DNA from: an uncultured delta proteobacterium
Lineage (GTDB): Bacteria; Desulfobacterota; Binatia; Binatales; Binataceae
NCBI GenBank assembly: GCA_963765675.1
Contig: CAVXXK010000004.1
Location: 64,001 to 128,000, forward strand
Direction of reading: 5' to 3'
Length of the DNA stretch: 64,000 bases
The translations under genes were made by a program, and so were the position numbers. Below, in pieces: positions 50,847 through 60,091 of the stretch. The notes beneath the pieces are model-generated. The model saw only the letters and a list, made by a program, of their open reading frames with translations. It did no database searches and had not been told where the DNA came from. Every line of letters starts with the position of its first letter. Within the stretch, counting starts at the first letter, position 1.

Positions 50847-50891
50847 CGCACCTGATCCTATCATCTGGCGCGCGAGGTTTTGATCGCCGCG

Positions 50892-51386
50892 CTACGGCAG
50901 CTTCTGATCGAGGATCTCTTTCGCCCGCGCCGCGCGCCATGCAACCAGGCGCTCAGCCAGCTCGCGATCCCCAAGCGCGATTATCTGCGCCGCGTAAAGT
51001 CCGGCGTTGGCCGCTCCCGGTTTGCCGATCGCCATCGTGGCAACAGGCACGCCTTTGGGCATCTGCGCGATCGCGAGCAGCGCATCGATTCCGTTGAGCG
51101 CCCATCCCGGCATCGGCACTCCGATCACCGGCAGAATCGTTTTCGCCGCCAGCACCCCGGGCAGCGCCGCCGCTCCGCCCGCCGCGCCGATCAGCACGCA
51201 GATTCCGCGTCCCGCCGCCGCGCCCGCATACTCGAGCGTCTGCTCGGGCGTGCGATGCGCCGACAGCACCCGAACCTCATGCGGTACTTTAAGTTCTGTC
51301 ATGACCTCGGCCGCCGCCGCCATGAATTCCCAGTCGCTTTTGCTGCCCAGCACCACGCCGACCAGCGCTGATTGCCCCGATGCCAT
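50892..51386 (-). CDS. purE: N5-carboxyaminoimidazole ribonucleotide mutase
   Basis: GSKSD, SAHRTP, LPVIGVP, QMPKGVPVAT. Confidence 0.97.
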   Translation of the reverse strand: MASGQSALVGVVLGSKSDWEFMAAAAEVMTELKVPHEVRVLSAHRTPEQTLEYAGAAAGRGICVLIGAAGGAAALPGVLAAKTILPVIGVPMPGWALNGIDALLAIAQMPKGVPVATMAIGKPGAANAGLYAAQIIALGDRELAERLVAWRAARAKEILDQKLP

Positions 51387-51525
51387 CTCTTATAAGGCTC
51401 CCTCGTCAACTTCGGATGCCACGAGGCTCGCCGCCCGCCGCGCAGTTGTCAAGCCCGCGGCCGCCGCGATTGCCGCGAACTCGGCGGATAGGACATCGCG
51501 GCCGATTCCGGCAAAATGTCCGATC

Positions 51526-52977
51526 ATGGCGACTCCGATTCCGCCGAATCATTGCGCCTTCACCCTGGGCGAGGCCGCCGCCGCGGTCGGCGGAGTCCTG
51601 CGCGGCGCCGACCCGGAGCGCCGTGCTTCGAGCGTCAGCATCGACACCCGCTCGCTCGAACCGGGCGCGATCTTCGTCGCGCTGCGCGGCGAGGCCGACG
51701 GCCATGCATATCTTGCGCGTGCCGCCGAGCGCGGCGCCGCCGCCACGATCGTCGAAACCGGCCGCGCGATAGATGCGCTCGCCTCGATCGAGGTCACTGA
51801 CACACTCGACGCGCTCGGCCGCCTCGCACGCGCTCATCTCGCGCGCATCCGCGCCGCACAGAATCTCCCGGTCGTCACGATCGGCGGCGCCGCCGGAAAG
51901 ACCACCACCAAGGAGCTCACCGCCGCAGCGGCCCGCGTCATCTTCGGTGCAACGCTGGCTACGCCCGGCAATCTCAATAATCTGATCGGCGTTCCGATGA
52001 CGATATTCATGCTCACGACCGAGCATCGCGCCGCGGTCCTCGAATGCGGCACCAACACGCGCGGCGAGATCGCGCGGCTCGGCGCGATTGTCCAGCCCGA
52101 CGCGGCCGCGGTGCTGAACGTCGCGATCGAACATAGCGAGGGGTTGGGCACGCTCGAGGAGATCGCCGACGAGGAAGCTTCGATATTCGCCGCCACGCGC
52201 CGCACCGCTGTCATTCCCGCGGACGACGCGATTCTACTAAAGAGGCTTCCAGCAGAGTTGCGCGCGATTTCGTTCGGCGTGGCGCGCGGCGCCGACGTAC
52301 GCGTGGTGAACCGCGCGGCGCTGAGCGATGGCCGAGCCCGAATCACGCTCCAACTGAATCCCGCCCTGCTCACCACCGGCGCGAATCCAATCCTGAACGC
52401 AGAGATTCATATGCTCGGCGCCGCCGCCGCACTTAACTGCGCCGCCGCTTTGGCCGCGGTCGCGGCAATCAGTCCCACGCCGATCACCGCCGATCAGCTT
52501 GAAGCGATTGGCGCGGTGTTCGCCGCCGCAAAACCGATCGCGCGTAGGATGGTGCCGCTTGAAATCGGCGGAGCGCTGGTCCTCGACGACAGCTACAACG
52601 CCCAGCCGCCCTCGATGCGCATCGCGATCGAAACCGCGCGCGAGATCGCCGCCGCACGTGGCGCGCGCCTGGTGCTCGCGCTCGGAGATATGCTCGAGCT
52701 CGGGGCACTCGCGCCCGCTTCGCACGACGCGGCGCTTCGCCACGCCGCCGACTCCGGCGCGGCGGTCATCGTCGCGGTCGGACCCGAGATGCGCGCCGCG
52801 CTGGCGCGTCTAACCTCGAGCGGATGCGATCTACTCGACGCCGCCGATAGCGACGATGCCGCTCGAATTGTGCGCGGTGTCCTCCGCTCCGGCGACGTGC
52901 TGCTGGTCAAGGGCTCGCTGGGAATGGCGATGGACCGCGTGGTCGATGCGCTCCGACGGGATCGCACCGACCCTTGA
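51526..52977 (+). CDS. murF: UDP-MurNAc-tripeptide--D-Ala-D-Ala ligase
   Basis: IDTR, GKTTTKE, GNLNNLIGVP, DDSYNA.P.SM, LGDMLELG, LVKGS. Confidence 0.95.
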   Translation: MATPIPPNHCAFTLGEAAAAVGGVLRGADPERRASSVSIDTRSLEPGAIFVALRGEADGHAYLARAAERGAAATIVETGRAIDALASIEVTDTLDALGRLARAHLARIRAAQNLPVVTIGGAAGKTTTKELTAAAARVIFGATLATPGNLNNLIGVPMTIFMLTTEHRAAVLECGTNTRGEIARLGAIVQPDAAAVLNVAIEHSEGLGTLEEIADEEASIFAATRRTAVIPADDAILLKRLPAELRAISFGVARGADVRVVNRAALSDGRARITLQLNPALLTTGANPILNAEIHMLGAAAALNCAAALAAVAAISPTPITADQLEAIGAVFAAAKPIARRMVPLEIGGALVLDDSYNAQPPSMRIAIETAREIAAARGARLVLALGDMLELGALAPASHDAALRHAADSGAAVIVAVGPEMRAALARLTSSGCDLLDAADSDDAARIVRGVLRSGDVLLVKGSLGMAMDRVVDALRRDRTDP

Positions 52978-53010
52978 GTTCCGCTACTCATGCGGCGCGA
53001 GTCTCGTTCT

Positions 53011-55698
53011 CTACTGCCCGATCGCGGTGACGTTGCAGGTCTCCGCCATCATCGAGGCGTTCGCCGGCAGCGTCAGCACCGACGCTGTCGCCGTCGGATT
53101 GTAGCTCCCGCAACTCGCGAGCAGATTGGGTGCCGCAGAAAACGCGGTCGGAAACGTGAAGGTCTGTGCGCTGCCGGTCTCCTGGTATGCATTCAAATAG
53201 CAAGTCGCCGTCTTGAGCGTCCCCTGCATCGACATCGAGCAGGACGCCGTGCCGGAAGTGCCTGACAGCGAGGTCAAGGTCGGCGCGGAATTGAATACTG
53301 TCGCCTGATTCGGCTCCGTCGAGACGATCGGCGGAACGCTCTGGCCGGCTACTGTGCAGTTGATGCAGTTGAACTCGGGGATCGCACCTCCGTTCACAGA
53401 TTCAATCGGAATAAGACCCGGCGTTGCCGGAAGCGTGCCACGAGAGTTTCCATGGTTGCTCAGCGGCTGACCAAACTGCGAAGTGATGAACGTGGACCCG
53501 TTAGCTTGAGGATTAGTCAATGCGATATTGAAGCTGGTGGTCGTCGAGTCCGGCTCAAAGAACATGTTCAGATAAGTCGCGGCACCGCCATTGGCTATGA
53601 TCGCTCCCCACGGTCCGCTTCCGGAAGCGACTCGCCAATCGGATATGTTCATTAGGCCATAATACGGAGTAGCATATAGGAACATCTGCGCTGATTCTTC
53701 CTGGCCACCTTCTGTCTTTCCATAGGTTCCAATTGAGCCGATCTTATAGAGTATCCCTGGGGCTTCGGCGCTGGTATTCATCATTACGAACGAGCCGATA
53801 TTGTCGAAGTCAAAGCAATAGTCTCGTAAGAGGCACCCCGTGTTGTAAAAAACCTCATTGTAGGTTTCTTGCGAATTGGAATAGACACAGATCTGGCCAC
53901 CGATGCCGTTGGGCGCCGAGCATTGAAGGTCGTCGAAGATCGCGTTTTCGTCGTTAGACAGTCCGCCCAGATTCACACAGGTGCCGACCTCCCCACATTC
54001 CACGTGACGGACTCTGAGCGCGGTGGGCGTTGTCGGAACCGTCGCATTGCTGGCCGGAGCCCCCGGACCGGCATTCGACTGCGATGGGCTACTGGTCGGA
54101 TAGTTATTCTCATCGATCATGGTTCCCGGAGTGTTGCCTACTTGTCCCTCGACCCCGAGATTCTCGATCGTCGTATTGGCGGCATAGTTCATATTGAACA
54201 TGAGGCCGCCCGGAGGTCCGTCCCACCTGAGCTGCGTGTTTGAAACCCCTCCGTTCGGAGCGCGCGACGCACCGGTAATTCCGGCCTGTGCGGTTCCCCA
54301 AAAACTCACTGCCTGCGACATATCGTAGTGCGTCGCGCACGCCGGTAGATAAACCTGACTGTAGTTCGGGGCCGTCCCGGTAAACAGATACGATGCGTTC
54401 ACTGCGGCTTGTATCGCCGGTGAATTGTCATGTCGCATCGTCGTCCCACCGGAGATGGTCTGCGATGGCGCTACCGACAACGTAACATTGCTCCCGCTGA
54501 TCGCCGTGATCTTCGCATCGAGGTCTGACGCTACCGCGCTGGTGCTGGCCTGCTCATCGATCCCATATGGAAACCCATTGTCCCGGTATTGGTAGCTAGT
54601 ATACGGTGCGCGCGTTTGATTGAGCCCGACGATCGCATAGATACTCGATGGAGTGCAGGAAGCGCCGGTACAGCGCCGGATAATCGTCCCGGCCGTGTTC
54701 GCGTCGACCGACCAGGTCACGATGATGCCCGTCATCACCGAGAGCGTTGCCGGCCCGGTCGAGTCGCAAACCGGCGCACTCGCCGCCGAGCGCATTCCAT
54801 TTAAGCCCGAGCCGATCCCCGTCTGACCGATATTCTGAACGCTGTAGCAATAAGTTGTTGAACACGACGGGTTCGAGTTGTTCGGCGTCCCGTCATCGGT
54901 CATGCAGTTGCCGTTCGCTGTGACGGTCGAGCCGGGGATCGGATAATCGGCCTGGACGTACGGAAAAAAGTTGTAGATATAACCGTCATCAGTGACGCTC
55001 GAAATGGTCGGAGTTGTGATAGTGTTCGATGCTCCCGCGGCGTCGAGTTTGACGTACTGGCCGACCTTGAAATCGCTCGATCCGATCCCGCCGCAAACGA
55101 CCGTAGTGGAGCTGGCCGTCGTCGTGCAGCTTACCGTCGAGTCCGAGCAGACCACGCCGTATGCCGGATTAGTCAGATCGAGAACGCCCGCGATATTGAA
55201 TCCGTTGAGCGCCGCCGGCGTGCCGGTTCCGCTCGCAGCATTGACGCCGCTGGTGATTACCGGAGTCTTTCCACCTTCGACTGTGTTGACCGTGCTCGCG
55301 CTCGAGACTCCCGTCACGTCGCCGCCCATCGAAAGACTGCTCGCGCTGGAGGCGCAACTCCACCCGCCGTTCTGGCCCAAAGCCCATGCGCCCGAACCAC
55401 CGCCGGTGCAAGGACTGACCTTCTGGCAATCGACACAGTAAAACATCGTGCCGTCCTGCTCCGCAGGCAGATTCGCAAAACTCAGACTCACGAAGCTGGG
55501 TGAGATCGGCTGTGCACCCGAGAATCGATCGTTGATCGCCTCGCGAAACAACAGCCCCGCATTGGTGCCCGAGAAGTCCGGGATCGGCTGATAAGCGCCC
55601 GACGGCGGAAGATTCTGCGCCACTGTGCCCGCGGGAGCGGCTGCGATCGCCAAACCGAATATCATCGTGGCCGCCAACGCACGAAGTATCTGCTTCAT
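53011..55698 (-). CDS. Large Cys-rich tailspike/fibre-like protein with a Sec signal peptide
   Basis: MKQILRALAATMIFGLAIAAAPAGTVA-Q; DNSPAIQAAVNA...VYLPA beta-helix entry motif; C-terminal TFTFPTAFSAAP; last gene of the tail operon. Confidence 0.7.
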   Translation of the reverse strand: MKQILRALAATMIFGLAIAAAPAGTVAQNLPPSGAYQPIPDFSGTNAGLLFREAINDRFSGAQPISPSFVSLSFANLPAEQDGTMFYCVDCQKVSPCTGGGSGAWALGQNGGWSCASSASSLSMGGDVTGVSSASTVNTVEGGKTPVITSGVNAASGTGTPAALNGFNIAGVLDLTNPAYGVVCSDSTVSCTTTASSTTVVCGGIGSSDFKVGQYVKLDAAGASNTITTPTISSVTDDGYIYNFFPYVQADYPIPGSTVTANGNCMTDDGTPNNSNPSCSTTYCYSVQNIGQTGIGSGLNGMRSAASAPVCDSTGPATLSVMTGIIVTWSVDANTAGTIIRRCTGASCTPSSIYAIVGLNQTRAPYTSYQYRDNGFPYGIDEQASTSAVASDLDAKITAISGSNVTLSVAPSQTISGGTTMRHDNSPAIQAAVNASYLFTGTAPNYSQVYLPACATHYDMSQAVSFWGTAQAGITGASRAPNGGVSNTQLRWDGPPGGLMFNMNYAANTTIENLGVEGQVGNTPGTMIDENNYPTSSPSQSNAGPGAPASNATVPTTPTALRVRHVECGEVGTCVNLGGLSNDENAIFDDLQCSAPNGIGGQICVYSNSQETYNEVFYNTGCLLRDYCFDFDNIGSFVMMNTSAEAPGILYKIGSIGTYGKTEGGQEESAQMFLYATPYYGLMNISDWRVASGSGPWGAIIANGGAATYLNMFFEPDSTTTSFNIALTNPQANGSTFITSQFGQPLSNHGNSRGTLPATPGLIPIESVNGGAIPEFNCINCTVAGQSVPPIVSTEPNQATVFNSAPTLTSLSGTSGTASCSMSMQGTLKTATCYLNAYQETGSAQTFTFPTAFSAAPNLLASCGSYNPTATASVLTLPANASMMAETCNVTAIGQ

Positions 55699-55714
55699 CA
55701 GTATTCTCACTTGC

Positions 55715-56284
55715 TCAGAACCCTATCGCCAGCCACGAAAAGCCATTGCTCCGTTCGCCGGTGGGGCCAAGCGAAGTGCCGCCCGGAACATCCAGCACGA
55801 AGGTGGCTCCGGTGCGGCTGTATGTCACGACGCTGGCCACCGTGTTGAACCCGCTGGTGCTCGCGTAGACGTTGGTCGCGAGCGGCGGGAGCAATATCGC
55901 ATTGGGAAAGGTTATCGGCCAGGTGACGTTGAACTCTTCGTCGTTTGGAATCTTTTGATCGCTCAGCGGGAAATATCCCCACTGAATAAGCGCCGCGACC
56001 GCGCCCCGGCTGATATCCGTGATCGGGATCGTCAGATAGCCATTGGCCCGAAGAGAACCCGTGAAGCCAGCCATGAACGACTGCAGAATCCCGATGTTCG
56101 CAATGTTGGTGTTCTGGCGTCCGTACAGATAGGCAGTCCGGTTCGCCAGCTGCTGATGAGGCTGATTACTCAGTCCAATTCCGCTGAAGCTGGCGCCTGA
56201 AGCGGCGCCTTCAACTGAATCCGTCGCCTGGATTTCGTAAATTTCATTAGCGGTAAATTCCGGACTGTCTATTAGCGTGGCCAT
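55715..56284 (-). CDS. Short tail fibre protein (baseplate-anchoring N-terminus, gp53-like C-terminus)
   Basis: IYEIQATDSVEG...NQPHQQLANRTAYL; NGYLTIP...IQWG...TWPITFPN...WLAIGF. Confidence 0.8.
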   Translation of the reverse strand: MATLIDSPEFTANEIYEIQATDSVEGAASGASFSGIGLSNQPHQQLANRTAYLYGRQNTNIANIGILQSFMAGFTGSLRANGYLTIPITDISRGAVAALIQWGYFPLSDQKIPNDEEFNVTWPITFPNAILLPPLATNVYASTSGFNTVASVVTYSRTGATFVLDVPGGTSLGPTGERSNGFSWLAIGF

Positions 56285-56360
56285 GTATGTCCTCTTGTCG
56301 TGACGCCCGCTCTTCCACTGCGCCGGGATCGCGCATCGTTCGAATCTTTCGCCGAACTCC

Positions 56361-56825
56361 TCAGAAAGTCAGTGTCCAGGTTCCCGCAAGCGACATCCCG
56401 GCGGTGAATACTATCGGGCTCAGAGTTTTGCGCGCGAGAATCGGCGTGGGCGCGTTGCCCCCCGGAACTCCAACTCCGGTATGATTCGCGAACAGTGCGA
56501 TCTCCTGGATCGTGATCCCCTGCGCGCCGGTATCCGCCGTAGTCAGGCTCCAGTTAAACGTGACGCTTCCGTTACCGTCCTCCGAATGAGCGTCGACCGG
56601 TTTGTAATACGCCGGTGCGGTAAGTCCGAGATCATTCACCGTTGGCGCATTCGAGCCCGTGCCGAAACCCACCACCGAGCAGAACTCGCCGGTCGTGTCC
56701 CCGCCGAGCAGCGCCGCCAAAGCAGGCAGTCCGGCGTTCACGAACAGGTTTCGCCCCTGATCCTGGTAAATCAATTCGCCGCGCCCGAACACCCGCACCA
56801 TCACCGTTCCGCAAGGCCTATTCAT
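56361..56825 (-). CDS. Phage tail/baseplate-associated protein
   Basis: RNLFVNAG...GFGTGS..P...IQEIALFA...WTLTF pattern; between gpI and the fibre gene; GGAGG RBS. Confidence 0.7.
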   Translation of the reverse strand: MNRPCGTVMVRVFGRGELIYQDQGRNLFVNAGLPALAALLGGDTTGEFCSVVGFGTGSNAPTVNDLGLTAPAYYKPVDAHSEDGNGSVTFNWSLTTADTGAQGITIQEIALFANHTGVGVPGGNAPTPILARKTLSPIVFTAGMSLAGTWTLTF

Positions 56826-56826
56826 T

Positions 56827-57693
56827 TCAACCTCCATTGAGCGTTGCGACGCCGTTTACGATTAGCGCGGGATCAGCGACAACCGGTTCATTCGCGCCGT
56901 AGGTGATTCCGCTATGCACGTAGTGTGCGTTGTATATTGGCGCGATCGGACCGTAGCCGTCAGTGTAGGACGGCGTGGTGATCGCGACGAAAAGTTGCGC
57001 GTCGGACGGCTGCGGTGCCGCGTCGATTTGATATTCGGCGATACCGCCAAGGGTAATGCTGTCATCCGGCGTCGGCGCGGCGTCTCGAACCGGCGCGATT
57101 ACAAACCACAGCGAATCCAGCCACGCGCGCGCGGGCTGAAAAAAATTGATCGCCGCAATTGCGCTTTGCGCCGAACCCGCGGGCACCGGCGCGTCCGTGC
57201 CAAGACTTATCAGAACCCGGAATACCGCCCATCCCTCGGAACTCGGATATGCGGTTCCGCCCCAGCTCGCCTCACCTTCTTGAATTATTACATCGGTCCA
57301 TCCAAGTGACGACAACGCCTGCTTGATCGCCGCCGGTGTTCCACGCTCGCGATGCAGCGCGATAGCTAGCTTCAACAGTTCGCGTTCCGTCGCCGCATTC
57401 GGTGCGACTTCGCCGGCCGCCGAGTCAGGACCGGACAGCGTATCGATATCGGTAAGCGAATCGATATCGGTCAGCGTATCTATACTCAGTCCGACCGGAG
57501 CTGCGAGCTGCCATAGCGGCGACAGAATATCGAACTGCCACGCAAGAAAGACCAGCGCGCCGTCCACTACCGAATCGATTCGATAGATCAACAGCGGCGT
57601 CAGATCGAGCGCCGACAGACGCTCAATCAGCACGAGCAATGCCTGAGTCCGAGTGTCGTTGATCGACGGTGATGCGGATAACTCAGCCATCAT
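56827..57693 (-). CDS. Baseplate wedge protein, P2 gpI-like
   Basis: LVFLAWQF, RELLKLAIALHRERGTPAAIKQAL, WAVFRV, FQPARAWL. Confidence 0.88.
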   Translation of the reverse strand: MMAELSASPSINDTRTQALLVLIERLSALDLTPLLIYRIDSVVDGALVFLAWQFDILSPLWQLAAPVGLSIDTLTDIDSLTDIDTLSGPDSAAGEVAPNAATERELLKLAIALHRERGTPAAIKQALSSLGWTDVIIQEGEASWGGTAYPSSEGWAVFRVLISLGTDAPVPAGSAQSAIAAINFFQPARAWLDSLWFVIAPVRDAAPTPDDSITLGGIAEYQIDAAPQPSDAQLFVAITTPSYTDGYGPIAPIYNAHYVHSGITYGANEPVVADPALIVNGVATLNGG

Positions 57694-57837
57694 GCGCTCC
57701 GGATAAAGAGGAACACCAGGACATAAGGGAAGCCAAAGACATTAAGACACCAGACGAATGGATCATAGCCGCGCGCCGCGCGCCCCTGTGATCCTTTTCT
57801 TGGCGCGCTCGTGCCTTCATGTTTTGGATCACTTCCC

Positions 57838-59007
57838 TCACGAATGTTCAGTCGATGTGGCGGACGTCAACGATATTGCGGTGCAGTTCGCCCATTGTCC
57901 CGCTGCTAACTGAGTATATGCAGGCTCTGTGAGCGTAATTTCGTAAACGCCCGCTACCGAAAGCGCCGCGACCACCTGGCTCGGCACGATATCGCGCTGA
58001 ATCTTCGCGGCGAGTCCCAGCGCGTATTGCACCGCGGCGTTGTTCACGGCGGTCATGGTCGTATTCGGATCAGCGTCCGAGTACAGCGTCACAGTCGCGG
58101 TAATCTGGTAATCGATTTCGGTTACCGCGAGCACGTTGACCGTGTCAGTCAACGGACGTACCGCATCGGCGCTGAGTGTGGCGGAAACCTTCTCGAGCAG
58201 CGGCGCTCCCGCAACTCCGGCAGCGTTTGGCGCGCTTTGCGGCTGGACGGTTATCGGCCCGGTGAGGATATATACATTGACCTGCCCCGGCGCCGGACTG
58301 ATCACCAACGCGTCGACGATTGACGGATCGACTCCCAATGCAAAAAATCTGTACGCTCCTGCTGGACCTGCCACGCTGAACTGGTTCGGCGCCGCCTGGA
58401 TACGCGAGCGCAGATGGTCATCGGTTTCCGGCGACGAGCCGCCCGCGGTGACTGTGGTATTGCTGACACTTGCAATTGTCGCGCTCGGACTGAGTAGTGC
58501 GTTGACTTGACCCACCAGGTAGCCATTCGCGCCCGATCCCGGTTGGACCGCCGACGCGCCCACCGTGCCCGAAAGCGCGCCCGCGGGAATAACCAGCGCC
58601 GCGGTTGTCGCGAATGAGTATTGCCCATCGCTGGTACCGGCGAGCGTACCCTCGGCGATCGTGATCGCGACCGTCAGCACGCTTGAGAGCGTGAATTCGA
58701 GCGTCGTTGTCGCGCTCTGGGCGGCAAGCCGGGCCACACCCACGAGCTGGCCCAAATAGTCGATCATCGGAAATATCGCGAAGGCAAGAAGGTTTTGTTG
58801 CGCGGCGTACTGAATTGCGTTGCGGACCAGGGATTCGCGGTACGCATAGAGGTTGATCAGAAGACGCTCAACCTGGGCGGGCTGCAAAGTGCGGTCGGCG
58901 GCCGCCTCAAACTCCGCGATCATATCGGCAAGCACGAGATTCGGATCGAGCCCGTCCGAATCATCGACGAATACCGGGGGCGGAAGCGACGGGATTCCTG
59001 CTGCCAT
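57838..59007 (-). CDS. Baseplate J/gp47 family protein
   Basis: QQNLLAFA...DYLG, GGSSPETDDHLRSRI, FSVAGPAGAYRF, VRPLTDTV. Confidence 0.93.
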   Translation of the reverse strand: MAAGIPSLPPPVFVDDSDGLDPNLVLADMIAEFEAAADRTLQPAQVERLLINLYAYRESLVRNAIQYAAQQNLLAFAIFPMIDYLGQLVGVARLAAQSATTTLEFTLSSVLTVAITIAEGTLAGTSDGQYSFATTAALVIPAGALSGTVGASAVQPGSGANGYLVGQVNALLSPSATIASVSNTTVTAGGSSPETDDHLRSRIQAAPNQFSVAGPAGAYRFFALGVDPSIVDALVISPAPGQVNVYILTGPITVQPQSAPNAAGVAGAPLLEKVSATLSADAVRPLTDTVNVLAVTEIDYQITATVTLYSDADPNTTMTAVNNAAVQYALGLAAKIQRDIVPSQVVAALSVAGVYEITLTEPAYTQLAAGQWANCTAISLTSATSTEHS

Positions 59008-59026
59008 CAGTATATATCCTTGCCGT

Positions 59027-59455
59027 TCACTGCGCCGACGCGCCAAGCGAGACGGTAGTGGTCGTAGTAGTGTTTGATCCTGTGCTGGGCGCCCCGGACA
59101 GGTTGAGTTGCCACGTGACGCTCACTTCCAAATGCGCCCCCGACTGAGTAGTCGTATCGAGCACTGGAACCGCGGTGACATTTACCAGCGTGATGCGCGG
59201 TTCCCACAGGCTCAGCGCGGCGGTCACCTCTCGAACGATCGCGGGCAGCGACTGGGACATCGGATGATCGATGTAGCGCCAGATATCGCAGCCGAATGTG
59301 GGTCGCAGCGGATCGCTGCCGAGCGGCGTGGTGAGGATGATGGCAACGCACTGGTCGACATCGGCGACGCCTTGCACCACTTGCCCGATCGCGCCGAGCT
59401 TGAGCGACCAATCCGCCGACGTGATATCGGCGAGTGTGACTGCGCCCGCGCTCAT
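59027..59455 (-). CDS. Baseplate wedge protein GpW/gp25
   Basis: QCVAIILTTPLGSDPLRPTFG...WEPRI. Confidence 0.93.
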   Translation of the reverse strand: MSAGAVTLADITSADWSLKLGAIGQVVQGVADVDQCVAIILTTPLGSDPLRPTFGCDIWRYIDHPMSQSLPAIVREVTAALSLWEPRITLVNVTAVPVLDTTTQSGAHLEVSVTWQLNLSGAPSTGSNTTTTTTVSLGASAQ

Positions 59456-59456
59456 C

Positions 59457-60083
59457 CTACTCCGCCTCCACGATCAGGCTCGCGCTGGTGATCGACCCAA
59501 GCCCCGCGGGACAAGTTACCTGGTCGCCCAGGCGCGCGACGCCTTTCAACTGCCCTGCTCCGAGGCGAATCTGCGCCAGCGAGGTTAACTGCGCGTTCCC
59601 CTCCGCGTCGATCGCGATCGAGGCGGCGCCCGCGCCGATCGTCAAGGTGGCGCCGGTCGGCAACGCAATCGTGAGCGCGTGCGCGCCGCCGTCGTACTTG
59701 ATCGATGCACCGTCGCCAAACTGAAGACTCAGTACGTGCGCCGCGCGATCGTACTCAAACGAGGCGCCGTCCTTAAACCCGAGATGCCACTTGTCGGCGC
59801 TGCTGACTGGCGTCGTGTCGGCCGATGAATAGATCGCGCCGAGGACCGCGCCCGCCTCGTCGTGCGCGTCCATCAGGCAGACAACTTGCTCGCCGAGGTC
59901 TGGAATCCAGTAAGCCTTGTCGTTCTGACTCTTGGGCACGACGATTGGCAGCCACCAACTCCGCATCTGATCATAGTCGGCGAACGTGACCCGCACGCGA
60001 GCGAGCGCCGTGTCCTGCTCCTGCACAATCCCGACCCGGAACAAACCGGGTGCCGTCGCGCGGCGATCCTCATGATGCAACAT
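59457..60083 (-). CDS. Baseplate spike protein GpV
   Basis: RVRVTF.D..SWWL, PDLGEQV, VLGAIYS, FKDGASFEYD; ends VARLGDQVTCP. Confidence 0.92.
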   Translation of the reverse strand: MLHHEDRRATAPGLFRVGIVQEQDTALARVRVTFADYDQMRSWWLPIVVPKSQNDKAYWIPDLGEQVVCLMDAHDEAGAVLGAIYSSADTTPVSSADKWHLGFKDGASFEYDRAAHVLSLQFGDGASIKYDGGAHALTIALPTGATLTIGAGAASIAIDAEGNAQLTSLAQIRLGAGQLKGVARLGDQVTCPAGLGSITSASLIVEAE

Positions 60084-60091
60084 CGCCTACC

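Noticed and set aside
51007-51525. Long N-terminal extension of MurF (656-aa ORF)
   Set aside because: It is an antisense shadow of purE; MurF similarity starts near ATG 51526.
53011-55698. The large terminal gene as a relocated tape-measure protein
   Set aside because: Its Ser/Thr/Gly/Cys-rich, beta-type composition and signal peptide do not fit the Ala/Leu-rich helical character of tape measures.
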